NCBI GenBank assembly: GCA_002269645.1
Contig: NIVC01002651.1
Span: forward strand, 8,482-72,481
Length of the DNA: 64,000 nucleotides
From: Macrostomum lignano
Taxonomy: Eukaryota
Direction of reading: 5' to 3'
Shown here: positions 1 to 13,615 of the stretch, in pieces
Numbering within the stretch: the stretch's first letter is position 1
Layout: every line of letters begins with the position of its first letter
Position numbers and translations under genes: made by a program
Notes under the pieces: model-generated
Told to the model about the DNA's origin: nothing
The model's input: only the letters and a program-made list of their open reading frames with translations
Database searches by the model: none

Positions 1-714
1 TTAGTGCACTCTGTTTATCTATGGCCAGTGCATCAATGCACTCTGTTTATCTATGGCCAGTGCATTGGTGCACTCTGTTTATCTATGGCCAGTGCATCAG
101 TGCACTCTGTTTATCTATGGCCAGTGAATTAGTGCATTCTGATTATCTGTGGCCAGTGCATCAGTGCATTCTGTTTATCTATGGCCAGTGCATCAGTGCA
201 CTCTATCTATCTATGGCCAGTGCATCAGTGCACTCTGTTTATCTATGGCCAGTGCATCAGTGCACTCTGTTTATCTATGGCCAGTGCATCAGTGCATTCT
301 GTTTATCTATGGCCAGTGCATCAGTGCACTCTGTTTATCTATGGCCAGTGTATCAGTGCACTCTGTTTATCTATGGCCAGTGCATCAGTGCACTCTGTTT
401 ATCTATGGCCAGTGCATCAATGCACTCTGTTTATCTATGGCCAGTGAATTGGTGCACTCAGTTCATATGGCCAGTGCATCAATGCACTTTGTTTATCTAT
501 GGCCAGTGTATCAGTGCACTCTGTTTATCTATGGCCAGTGCATCAGTGCATTCTGTTTATCTATGGCCAGTGAATCAGTGCATTCTGTTTATCTATGGCC
601 AGTGCATCAGTGCATTCTGTTTATCTATGGCCAGTGAATCAGTGCACTCTGTTTATCTATGTCTACTGCATCAGTGCACTCTGTTTATCTATGGCCAGTG
701 CATCAGTGCACTCT
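1..714. repeat. 32-bp minisatellite in iGluR intron 1 (copy 1)
   Basis: Unit ATCTATGGCCAGTGCATCAGTGCACTCTGTTT, ~22 copies; the same array occurs in intron 1 of copies 2 and 3. Confidence 0.95.
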
Positions 715-773
715 AATACACTAGCTGTAAAACAAAAACATTCAAATCCTATACTTAAATAATTACCTTGCAG

Positions 774-3700
774 TCTGTCGGTCCAGCGGATTCCACGGCC
801 TCGTGGCAGTCGGCAGCTGCTCTCTGGGCAGCTCGGTGCACCGGCTGGCCAAGTCCTTGCGAGTGCCCGCCATTTTTGTGCCAGCGGGGGAGCTGTGCCT
901 ACTGGACACTGCTGAGTCTGGTATGTGAGCTGTGCCTGCTGCATGGACACTGCTGAGTCTGGTATGTGAGCTGTGCCAGCTGGACACTGCAGAGTCTGGT
1001 ATGTGAGCTGTGCCAGCTGGACACTGCAGAGTCTGGTATGTGAGCTGTGCCAGCTGGACACTGCAGAGTCTGGTATGTGAGCTGTGCCTGCTGGACACTG
1101 CAGAGTCTGGTATGTGAGCTGTGCCTGCTGGACACTGCAGAGTCTGGTATGTGAGCTGTGCCTGCTGCTGGACACTGCAGAGTCTGGTATGTGAGCTGTG
1201 CGTGAGCTGTGCGTGAGCTGTGCGTGAGCTGTGCGTGAGCTGTGCGTGAGCTGTGCGTGAGCTGTGCGTGAGCTGTGCGTGAGCTGTGCGTGAGCTGTGC
1301 GTGAGCTGTGCGTGAGCTGTGCGTGAGCTGTGCGTGAGCTGTGCGTGAGCTGTGCGTGAGCTGTGCGTGAGCTGTGCGTGAGCTGTGCGTGAGCTGTTGT
1401 CCAACTCATTCATCCTGCAGAGTTTGCTTTTGTTGGCGATGATCACCCTAGCAGACTTTTGTCTGCAGTCGTCGCCCTGCTGAAGTCGCACTCAGCCAGC
1501 CTCGTGTCCGTGTTCTATGACAGTCACCAGGGTATGCGGCTGCTCTAAAATTGCCTTTTGTTATAATAGACTTAAACCATTGCTAATTGATACGTCGTAA
1601 ACGACAAACTTCAGATGAGAGCCAGATGCAGTCGCTCCAGTCGCAGCTGTCAGCCTCAGGCATTGCGGCTGTCAGCTTTCAAACTGATGCTCCAACGTCA
1701 AACATATCGAGAATTCTGGCTGACTCCATTAAAAAGAAAATCCGATTCAATCTGATCTTTGCCAGGCCCGATGCTGTCTACAGTCTGATAAGACAGGTGC
1801 TGTTTCACACTAGCTTTCAATTTCCAAATTTTTGGCCTTTATATTTTGATTGCGAAGCAAATTTTGCAGGCGGTTCAAGCGGAGGCAGTGCAGGCCCACT
1901 ACTACTGGCTGGCTCTGGACGAGGGGCTGCGGCCGAACCAGCTGCTGCGGCTGCTGCCACCCAACGTGTCGGCCAACGTCATGCTGGTCCGCGGCTCGAG
2001 TCACGGCCTGCTGGATCCGCAGCGGCTGCGGCTGAGCGGCGGCTGTCCCGACGCTCTGCGAGCCGTCATGGGCGACTCGTGCGACCCAGGAGCTGTCAGC
2101 GTGAGCATCTGAGCATTCTCATTGAGCCTTGGCATCTGAGCATTCTCATTGAGTCTTGGCATCTGAGCATTCTCATTGAGCCTTGGCATCTGAGCATTCT
2201 CATTGAGTCTTGGCATCTGAGCATTCTCATTGAGCCTCGGCATCTGAGCATTCTCATTGAGTCTTGGCATCTGAGCATTCTCATTGAGCCTTGGCATTCC
2301 GGCCATTGTGACCCGTGGTGGGCAAGCCATTGTGACCCGTGGTGGGCAAGCCATTGTGACCCGTGGTGGGCAAGCCATTGTGACCCGTGGTGGGCAAGCC
2401 ATTGTGACCCGTGGTGGGCAAGCCATTGTGACCCACGTGGGCAAGCCATTGTGACCCGTGGTGGGCAAGCCATTGGGACCCGTGGTGGGCAAGCCATTGT
2501 GACCCACGTGGGCAAGCCATTGTGACCCGTGGTGGGCAAGCCATTGGGACCCGTGGTGGGCAAGCCATTGGGACCCGTGGTGGGCAAGCCATTGTGACCC
2601 GTGGTGGGCAAGCCATTGTGACCCGTGGTGGGCAAGCCATTGTGACCCGTGGTGGGCAAGCCATTGTGACCCGTGGTGGGCAAGCCATTGTGACCCGTGG
2701 TGGGCAAGCCATTGGGACCCGTGGTGGGCAAGCCATTGGGACCCGTGGTGGGCAAGCCATTGGGACCCGTGGTGGGCAAGCCATTGTGACCCGTGGTGGG
2801 CAAGCCATTGTGACCCGTGGTGGGCAAGCCATTGTGACCCCTCAGCCTCCGTAGCTGCAGATGCGCTCCCAATCGCACTCAGTGAACTCATTTTCTCATC
2901 GAACATTCCAGTCTGTTGAGCTGCGCACCATTGACGCAGTTCTGGCCATGACGAGGGCTGTCCACAGCGTCACAGGCGGCTACACCAGCTCGAGCTCCAC
3001 CAACGCCAGCTGCAACGGCGCCACTCGAGCATGGCCTGATGGAGCACTGGCAGCTCGCGCTCTCGCTAAGGTTGTGAGCGACTTGTCTGCATTCCAACAC
3101 ATTCACATCCGGCATCACTGCTGGGAAACTTTTCATTGGAATTCCAGACCACGGACTTCAACACACTCGGCTCTCTGATTTCCTACAATGGCACCACGAG
3201 GCACTTCACCAGCTACATCGAGGCGGTGTCCACCTTCCACGCCTTCTACACGAGTCCGCTGAGGTACATCGAGAGCGCCAGGTACCACCCCGACAACGCC
3301 TCGCTCAGCGTCTCGTTCGTCTACAAAGACAGGCGACTGGCTTTCCCGAACACCTTCGTGGACTTCAAGAACCGAACTCTGCGAGTCTGCGCTCCGGATG
3401 TAGGAGCTAAATTTCAACTGTCACACTGAAGTATTTGGATTTCATACTTGAAAACTATACCTATTATTGTCTTGAATTTCAGGTTCGTCCCTACGTAATC
3501 TACGACGAGAACACTTACGGAAAGGTCACCGGCCACGCTGAGGATGTGCTCAATATTGTGCGAGAAAATCTGAACTTCTCGTTAGTGACTCGAAAGCGTG
3601 AAAATTCTTAGTCAATGCCACCAGTTTTAATGCAACTAACATATTGCACCGAGGGGGGGGGCCGTAGCCCAGCGGTAGCGCAGATGCTCTGGTGTCCAGC

Positions 3701-5404
3701 GACCCAGGCTCGATTCCAAGTGCAGTCGCATTAATTTGGGGCTGAATTGGAATTTTGGCTTGGCTCTGCTCGTGCAATTAACGGCTTTGAGAGCCAACCC
3801 CCCAAGGCGCAGTGAAGTGTACATGCCTAACGATAAATAAAGTTAGGGCCGCTGTACACTCCTGTGTGAGTGTGTGCCTGCGTACGTATCCGCGCGCTTG
3901 TGTGCCTGCTCAGGGGAGTCGGCGGAATGGGCAGTAATGCCTCTCACCGGTTGTGTGCCTATGTCGCTTAAAAAACATATTGCACCAATATTGCAGAACC
4001 ATCGTTCTGAAGCCGCCAGACGGGCAGTTCGGGGCGCCAATCAATGGCACGCAGCGCTTCTCCGGCTGCATTGGAGAGCTGCAGAATGGCGTGAGTTGCT
4101 TCTTGAAGATGGCTTAAGAGTCGCGACGGCTTCAAGTTGTTTGATAAATCTAGCTGTGAGTTTCAGTTTGTTCATCCGATTTCTCTTCCAGAAAGCAGAC
4201 TTGGCAGTCGTTTTCGCTGTCACCAATCTGCGCTATGCCGTCGTGGACTACTTGGACGACTACCTGTACTCATCCAACAACATCCTAGTCCGCATACCAC
4301 CCCCTGCCAGCAAAATCTGGAACGTGTTCACGCCGATGACGCTGCAAGTTTGGCTGCTGCTGGCTGCCTCCATCTTCATCGTGCCCTTCATCATCTACCT
4401 GCTGGCCTTGTTCAGCCCCTTCTCCGCTTGGAACCTGAAACTGAGCTTCGCTTTCGCCGACGAGGTCTGGTACAAGGAATACCTGTGGTCCACCATCGGC
4501 AGTTTCTTGCAACAGGGTCAGGACTTTTATCCATTCGCAATGTCGCCCAGAACCGTGATGGTGTTCTGGTGGCTGCTCACCGTTATTATATTTGGTGCAT
4601 ACACTGGAGACCTGACTGCTCACTTGGCTACATCAGTCAGCAGTTTGACTATTAGGACTCTGGAAGACCTGGTGTCCATGCCTTACTACACTGCTTTAGT
4701 ACCAAGGGGAACCAACATTCACACGGCGATCGACATGGCTACGTCGGGACCGATGTTCCAGCTGAAGTCCATGACTGTGCTGGTGCAATCGCACGAGGAC
4801 TGCGCTAGGAAGGTGAGGACTGTGCGCCCCGAATTTGGAATTCTTAGAACAGAAAGGTGCAACGAATCGGTGAAATTATGCGCCTTCAATTTTCAACTTT
4901 CAGCTGCTGGCCTCAACCAATCCGTACACTGTGTGCATCGCGGATCAGAAGTCCAATCTGTACTTTGCTAACCAATTCTGCGAAGAAATGTACGTGGCTG
5001 ACGAGTATTTTAACTTCTACTATCTGGCGTGGCCTGTGCCCAAGGATGCGTTCTATGCTGACGCCATGAACTTAATGTAAGCCGCTAATCCTGACAGTCA
5101 TGCCCACAGTGCTCTGATGCATTTGCTTTATTAATTGACGCGAAATTTACCTTCTAGAATTCGTCGGGCTAAAGAGAACGGCCTCGTTGACATGCTCCGG
5201 TTGAAGTACTTCCCAACTAGCAGCTCAGAGTGCTCAAGTGCACAGGGAGGGATATCGGATGCTGAGCCAATTAACCTGGAGGGCATCGGCGGATCCTGCT
5301 TGGTGCCAGGAGTCCTGTACTTAATTGGACTGCTCATCCTGCTGCTTGAGCTCTTCTGGACCGCCTGTCTGAACAAGGACCCGCTGCAGTGCGTCTTGTT
5401 CTGA
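774..5404 (+). CDS. Ionotropic glutamate receptor-like subunit, copy 1 (5'-partial; exon 1 is upstream of the window)
   Basis: Exons 774-920, 1421-1531, 1615-1796, 1870-2100, 2861(or 2855)-3070, 3148-3399, 3483-3580, 3997-4090, 4192-4812, 4904-5076, 5158-5404; all GT-AG with consistent phases. Motifs: S1 FKNRTLRV..VRPYV..GHAEDVL..LNF, DGQFG..SGCIGEL, KADLAV..LRYAVVDY; M1 VWLLLAASIFIV; pore LWSTIGSFLQQG; M3 FWWLLTVIIFGAYTGDLTAHL; S2 TIRTLEDL..RGT..IADQ; M4 EGIGG..LILLLE. Confidence 0.9.
890..1396. repeat. 37-40-bp exon2/donor-derived minisatellite followed by an 11-bp (GTGAGCTGTGC)n array (copy 1 intron 2)
   Basis: Unit GAGCTGTGCCAGCTGGACACTGCAGAGTCTGGTATGT begins inside exon 2; the 11-mer is a subsegment of it. 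Confidence 0.9.
2103..2840. repeat. Adjacent 27-bp and 24-bp minisatellites (copy 1 intron 5)
   Basis: GCATCTGAGCATTCTCATTGAGCCTTG, then CCATTGTGACCCGTGGTGGGCAAG. Confidence 0.95.
3651..3973 (+). mobile_element. tRNA-derived SINE (family A) inserted in copy 1 intron 8
   Basis: Absent from the same site in copy 2. 13-bp TSD AACATATTGCACC (3638-3650, 3974-3986). Head GGGGCCGTAGCCCAGCGG (A box) ... GGCTCGATTCC (B box); short A-tail. A related copy lies at 34508-34860. Confidence 0.9.
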
Positions 5405-5947
5405 TGGTTGTTTTGAGCGTTTGAAAATTTGTTAACTTGCGGTTTTAATCGCAACTTTAAGATGCTTAAGTTTTTTCTTGATTTAATTGTGAAGCACTAC
5501 TTAGGCATAAAGTTAAGACATTGGAATTTTTGTGTCACCAGAGATCATGTAACTTGTTATACTGAAGTGATCAGCTGACAATTTACCATTAACTGATTTC
5601 TCACAGTATTGCACTGGCACCTATTCAACTTACTTCGTAGGGTCCCGATATTATCACGTACGCTCGTACACAAATAAAAACCAGTTGCAAGAAAAAATGC
5701 ACAAACTGTAAGTCCTTATATTAAAATATTATCCCCAATTCACATTGGCGTACTAATCTTGAAGTAAGGAATTATGTAAATTACTGTATATAGGGTTTGA
5801 AAGCCTACCAAAGTATAATATATTCATATAAAAAATAATTTCTTTATTTCCAGTCAAACCTAATCTGGATTTGCAAGTTAATCTATATAGGTTTCAGGCT
5901 AAATTCATTTGGGGCTCAGGTGGCAACATTTTTTTTCTAGGGCTTCG

Positions 5948-7370
<1,423 letters not shown>

Positions 7371-8183
7371 TGTTTTGAAGGTTCATGCAATGAACTGAGT
7401 ATTCGCAATAAGAGACTTTAGTTTTTCGGCTACTTTTAGCCAAACGAATAAAAACCAAGAGCATAGAGCATACTCTCCCTGAAGAGACTGAAAATTATAT
7501 AATTTAACCTGAAAATTAAATAAGTGTACAAGTAGTTATTAAGTATACAAAAAATTCATGGTATGCTGAAAAGTACGCGTAGGTGAATCGATACAAATAC
7601 ATGTCAATGAAGCCCTCTCCTAAACAGTCAGTTGTACCCCCGCCAGTCGATTGTGCTCGGCAGGCAAACTGTGGCAGACAAATGACAGCATCCCTGTGCA
7701 GTGTCACTCAACACTGCTTAAACGGGGTGTGGCTACGGTGTACTTTCTGCGTGCAGCTGCACCGGTGCACAGCGCCAGACATATTGGTGCAAACGTCAGC
7801 ACGATAAGGAAATTCCTAATTACTTTTGTCTTGCCATTTGGGTTCCCGATTATCAACTGCACGCAGTTCCCCCTGCCCTAACTGGCTATTGTGGATCGCT
7901 TTGGAGGCAAAAGGAGTCCTGATTAGTGCGACAAAAGTAATGATACACGAAAATGAAAGCTGAAGCCGTTAATTCGCGAGCCAAATATCGATTCGAGCAT
8001 CGCTGAGACTCTGATCCCGTTAAGAAACTGTCCTTAGTGCATCGATTCGACCCCAAAAACACCCAACCAGCTTAGTTATCTCAGTGTCGCCTCCGGGAAG
8101 TTCTTGTCTATGTTCAATTAACGGTTTTTCTGGTCGATATCGATTGATTATTCACTGAGACACGGCGATATGACCAACTTCTG

Positions 8184-8192
8184 TCTATATAA
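8184..8192 (+). promoter_or_regulatory. Possible TATA box of iGluR copy 2 (also present ~24164 for copy 3)
   Basis: CTATATAAT about 95 bp upstream of the ATG; motif match only. Confidence 0.25.
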
Positions 8193-8282
8193 TAACTCAC
8201 CTGATCCTCTGCCGCTGGCTTTTCTTTGCTCCGCAATCTAAGAGTCAAGAGTCTGCCTCTAAAGCTACGGATTTTATTCACA

Positions 8283-11200
8283 ATGCTGGCGCTGCTAATG
8301 TTGTCGCTTCTTCTACTAGGAGAAGCCGCAGAAATTGCCCGGGCCCTGCGCCTCGCCGTGCTGGCTGAGCCGGGGCTGCTGCAGCCGGGTCTGGTGCAGC
8401 GAGTCGTCGACAGGCGGGTCAACCAGAACCCGCTGCTGTTCCCCGGCCTCAGCGAGTCCAACCCGCTCACCTGCCAGCTCGTGTCCGCTGACGACTCCGT
8501 CTTGGCTGTGCAACAGAGTGAGACATCTATGCAGAGCTTACCAGCAACAGCCATTGTTTATCTATGGCCAGTGCATCAATGCACTCTGTTTATCTATGGC
8601 CAGTGTATCAGTGCATTCTGTTTATCTATGGCCAGTGCATCAGTGCACTCTGTTTATCTATGGCCAGTGTATCAGTGCACTCTGTTTATCTATGGCCAGT
8701 GTATCAGTGCACTCTGTTTATCTATGGCCAGTGCATCAGTGCACTCTGTTTATCTATGGCCAGTGCATCAGTGCACTCTGTTTATCTATGGCCAGTGAAT
8801 TAGTGCACTCTGTTTATCTATGGCCAGTGAATTAGTGCACTCTGTTTATCTATGGCCAGTGAATTAGTGCACTCTGTTTATCTATGGCCAGTGAATTAGT
8901 GCACTCTGTTTATCTATGGCCAGTGCATCAGTGCACTCTAATACACTAGCTGTAAAACAATAACATTCAAATCCTATACTTAATTAATTACCTTGCAGTC
9001 TGTCGGTCCAGCGGATTCCACGGCCTCGTGGCAGTCGGCAGCTGCTCTCTGGGCAGCTCGGTGCACCGGCTGGCCAAGTCCTTGCGAGTGCCCGCCATTT
9101 TTGTGCCAGCGGGGGAGCTGTGCCAGCTGGACACTGCAGAGTCTGGTATGTGAGCTGTGCCTGCTGGACACTGCTGAGTCTGGTATGTGAGCTGTGCCAG
9201 CTGGACACTGCTGAGTCTGGTATGTGAGCTGTGCCTGCTGGACACTGCTGAGTCTGGTTTGTGAGCTGTGCCAGCTGGACACTGCAGAGTCTGGTTTGTG
9301 AGCTGTGCCTGCTGCATGGACACTGCTGAGTCTGCTTTGTGAGCTGTGCCTGCTGCATGGACACTGCTGAGTCTGCTTTGTGAGCTGTGCCTGCTGCATG
9401 GACACTGCTGAGTCTGCTTTGTGAGCTGTGCCTGCTGCATGGACACTGCTGAGTCTGGTATGTGAGCTGTGTAGCCAGGTGCATCAAGACCCGTCCGCCA
9501 ACCCAATTGCAGAGTTCTCATTCGTTGGCGAAGACCATCCCATCGGCCGCATTGGGTCTATCGAAGCCTTGCTTCGGTCAAAGTCAGCCAGTGTCGTGTC
9601 GATATTTTTCGACAATCATCAGAGTGAGCACAGGCGTTTTGAACTCAACTCTGCCGTTCATCACTTCTTTTAAATGCCTAGTTAATACAAAAAATTGAAA
9701 AAAAACACTTCAGATGAGCAGCTCATTCGGTCCCTGCACAACCAGTTGGCTGATGCGGGCATTGCGACAGTCAGCTTTCAGCTTGACACCATTGGAGTGA
9801 ACCTGTCAAGGATTTTGAAAGATTCCATCAAGAAGAAAGTGAAGTTCAATGTAGTACTGGCAGAGCCGGATGCAGTTTACAGTTTAATTGAACAGGTAAA
9901 TTCGGCTTCTTTGACAGACTTGTGCCTGAAACTCTGTGCCTTAGGGGTCGGCCACTGTGGTTGTGAATTGCAAAGGTGGGCGACACGTGACAATTTTTTA
10001 ACTTCATAATGTATCACCTGTACTGTTGTGTTTTTGCAGGCGGTTCAAGCGGAGGCAGTGCAGGCCCACTACTACTGGCTGGCTCTGGACGAGGGGCTGC
10101 GGCCGAACCAGCTGCTGCGGCTGCTGCCGCCCAACGTGTCGGCCAACGTCATGCTGGTCCGCGGCTCGAGTCACGGCCTGCTGGATCCGCAGCGGCTGCG
10201 GCTGAGCGGCGGCTGTCCCGACGCTCTGCGAGCCGTCATGGGCGACTCGTGCGATCCAGGAGCTGTCAGCGTGAGCACTCTGGCTGCTGGGACAGCAACT
10301 TCATGAGCCTTGGCATCTGAGCATTCTCATTGAGCCTTGGTATCTGAGCATTCTCATTGAGCCTTGGTATCTGAGCATTCTCATTGAGCCTTGGTATCTG
10401 AGCATTCTCATTGAGCCTTGGTATCTGAGAATTCTCATTGAGCCTTGGCATCTGAGCATTCTCATTGAGCCTTGGTATCTGAGCATTCTCATTGAGCCTT
10501 GGCATCTGAGCATTCTCATTGAGCCTTGGCATCTGAGCATTCTCATTGAGCCTTGGCATCTGAGAATTCTCATTGAGCCTCGGCATCTGAGCATTCTCAT
10601 TGAGTCTTGGCATCTGAGCATTCTCATTAAGCCTTGGCATCTGAGCATTCTAATTGAGTCTTGGCATTCCGGCCATTGTGACCCGTGGTGGGCAAGCCAT
10701 TGTGACCCGTGGTGGGCAAGCCATTGTGACCCGTGGTGGGCAAGCCATTGTGACCCGTGGTGGGCAAGCCATTGTGACCCGTGGTGGGCAAGCCATTGTG
10801 ACCCGTGGTGGGCAAGCCATTGTGACCCGTGGTGGGCAAGCCATTGTGACCCCTCAGCCTCCGTAGCTGCAGATGCGCTCCCGGTTGCACTCAGTGAACT
10901 CATTCTCTCATCGAACATTCCAGTCTGTTGAGCTGCGCACCATTGATGCAGTTCTGGCCATGACGAGGGCTGTCCACAGCGTCACAGGCGGCTACACCAG
11001 CTCGAGCTCCACCAACGCCAGCTGCAACGGCGCCACTCGAGCGTGGCCTGATGGAACACTGGCAGCTCGCGCTCTCGCTAAGGTTGTGAGCGACTTGTCT
11101 GCATTCCAACACATTCACATCCGGCATCACTGATGGGAAACTTTTCATTGGAATTCCAGACCACGGACTTCAACACACTCGGCTCTCTGATTTCCTACAA

Positions 11201-13615
11201 TGGCACCACGAGGCACTTCACCAGCTACATCGAGGCGGTGTCCACCTTCCACGCCTTCTACACGAGTCCGCTGAGGTACATCGAGAGCGCCAGATACCAC
11301 CCCGACAACGCCTCGCTCAGCGTCTCGTTCGTCTACAAAGACAGGCGACTGGCTTTCCCGAACACCTTCGTGGACTTCAAGAACCGAACTCTGCGAGTCT
11401 GCGCTCCGGATGTAGGAGCTAAATTTCAACTGTCACACTGAAGTATTTGGATTTCATACTTGAAAACTATACCTATTATTGTCTTGAATTTCAGGTTCGT
11501 CCCTACGTAATCTACGACGAGAACACTTACGGAAAGGTCACCGGCCACGCTGAGGATGTGCTTAATATTGTGCGAGAAAATCTGAACTTCTCGTTAGTGA
11601 CTCGAAAGCGTGAAAATTCTTAGTCAATGCCACCAGTTTTTATGCAACTAACATATTGCACCAATATTGCAGAACCATCGTTCTGAAGCCGCCAGACGGG
11701 CAGTTCGGGGCGCCAATCAATGGCACGCAGCGCTTCTCCGGCTGCATTGGAGAGCTGCAGAATGGCGTGAGTTGCTTCTTGAAGATGGCTTAAGAGTCGC
11801 GACGGCTTCAAGTTGTTTGATAAATCTAGCTGTGAGTTTCAGTTTGTTCATCCGATTTCTCTTCCAGAAAGCAGACTTGGCAGTCGTTTTCGCTGTCACC
11901 AATCTGCGCTATGCCGTCGTGGACTACTTGGATGACTACCTGTACTCATCCAACAACATCCTGGTCCGCATACCGCCTCCTGCCAGCAAAATCTGGAACG
12001 TGTTCACGCCGATGACGCTGCAAGTTTGGCTGCTGCTGGCTGCCTCCATCTTCATCGTGCCCTTCATCATCTACCTGTTGGCCTTGTTCAGCCCCTTCTC
12101 CGCTTGGAACCTGAAACTGAGCTTCGCTTTCGCCGACGAGGTCTGGTACAAGGAATACCTGTGGTCCACCATTGGCAGTTTCTTGCAACAGGGTCAGGAC
12201 TTTTATCCATTCGCAATGTCGCCCAGAACCGTGATGGTGTTCTGGTGGCTGCTCACCGTTATTATATTTGGTGCATACACTGGAGACCTGACTGCTCACT
12301 TGGCTACATCAGTCAGCAGTTTGACTATTAGGACTCTGGAAGACCTGGTGTCCATGCCTTACTACACTGCTTTAGTACCAAGGGGAACAAACATTCACAC
12401 GGCGATTGACATGGCTACGTCGGGACCGATGTTCCAGCTGAAGTCCATGACTGTGCTGGTGCAGTCGCACGAGGACTGCGCTAGGAAGGTGAGGATTGTG
12501 CGCCCCGAATTTTGAATTCTTAGAACAGAAAGGTGCAACGAATCGGTGAAATCATGCGCCTTTAAATTTTCAACTTTCAGCTGCTGGCCTCAACCAATCC
12601 GTACACTGTGTGCATCGCGGATCAGAAGTCCAATCTGTACTTTGCTAATCAATTCTGCGAAAAAATGTACGTGGCTGACGAGTATTTTAACTTCTACTAT
12701 CTGGCGTGGCCTGTGCCCAAGGATGCGTTCTATGCTGACGCCATGAACTTAATGTAAGCCGCTAATCCTGACAGTCATGCTCACAGTGCTCTGATGCATT
12801 AGCTTTGGAATGGGCGTGTAACCTCGCGGCTAAGCTGCTGGTTTTGCTAAGGATTACGAGTGGACTATTATCTGCTGTACTGATTTGAGATTTGGTAGAA
12901 TCGCTGCCACCAGGCTTCCTGCTTCCCTAATCCTATTATTTTGAGACAAAGGAAGAACTCAGGAAAACCAAATTATTTGACAAAAGTTTATACTTCAAAA
13001 AAATAGAACAGCATGCAATGGTTATTGTGCGAGAGTTTTAGGCATTGACTACCTGGTAGTGTACTGTTTTAGGCATCGACTACCACCAACAGTTTTACGT
13101 ATCTCCCAATATTTCCCCGCCTCTTACCTAATCCTACTTGAGACTACGCAAGTCCGCGAGCGAACGAAAGATCTGCTTACCCAAGCTTTAAACTGCTCTA
13201 TTCTTCTAAGGAATCCCGGAAACCTGCGATTTTCCCCGGCTCTAATTACTTTCCCAAACCTAAACTACTGACAGTAGGCAAAAAGCATATCTGCTTCGCT
13301 ACTAATTCCCATTCCTAAAATACTGCCCTACTACAGCTTTATTAATTGACGCGAAATTTACCTTCTAGAATTCGTCGGGCTAAAGAGAACGGCCTCGTTG
13401 ACATGCTCCGGTTGAAGTACTTCCCAACTAGCAGCTCAGAGTGCTCAAGTGCACAGGGAGGGATATCGGATGCTGAGCCAATTAACCTGGAGGGCATCGG
13501 CGGATCCTGCTTGGTGCCAGGAGTCCTGTATTTAATTGGACTGCTCATCCTGCTGCTTGAGCTCTTCTGGACCGCCTGTCTGAACAAGGACCCGCTGCAG
13601 TGCGTCTTGTTCTGA
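8283..13615 (+). CDS. Ionotropic glutamate receptor-like subunit, copy 2 (complete, ~866 aa)
   Basis: Exons 8283-8517, 8999-9145, 9513-9623, 9714-9895, 10040-10270, 10873(or 10867)-11082, 11160-11411, 11495-11592, 11673-11766, 11868-12488, 12581-12753, 13369-13615; total 2601 nt, open. Signal peptide MLALLMLSLLLLG; same iGluR motifs as copy 1. Confidence 0.92.
8555..8939. repeat. 32-bp minisatellite (copy 2 intron 1)
   Basis: Same unit as 1-714, ~12 copies. Confidence 0.95.
9115..9471. repeat. 37-40-bp exon2/donor-derived minisatellite (copy 2 intron 2)
   Basis: Same unit as 890-1195, with GGTATGT, GGTTTGT and GCTTTGT variants. Confidence 0.9.
10305..10851. repeat. 27-bp plus 24-bp minisatellites (copy 2 intron 5)
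   Basis: Same units as 2103-2840, different copy numbers. Confidence 0.95.
12807..13340. mobile_element. 534-bp segment in copy 2 intron 11, absent from copy 1 (possible non-autonomous insertion)
   Basis: Flanked by direct repeat AGCTTT (12801-12806, 13335-13340). Short inverted repeat GGAATGGG (12807) / CCCATTCC (13308-13315). Confidence 0.5.
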
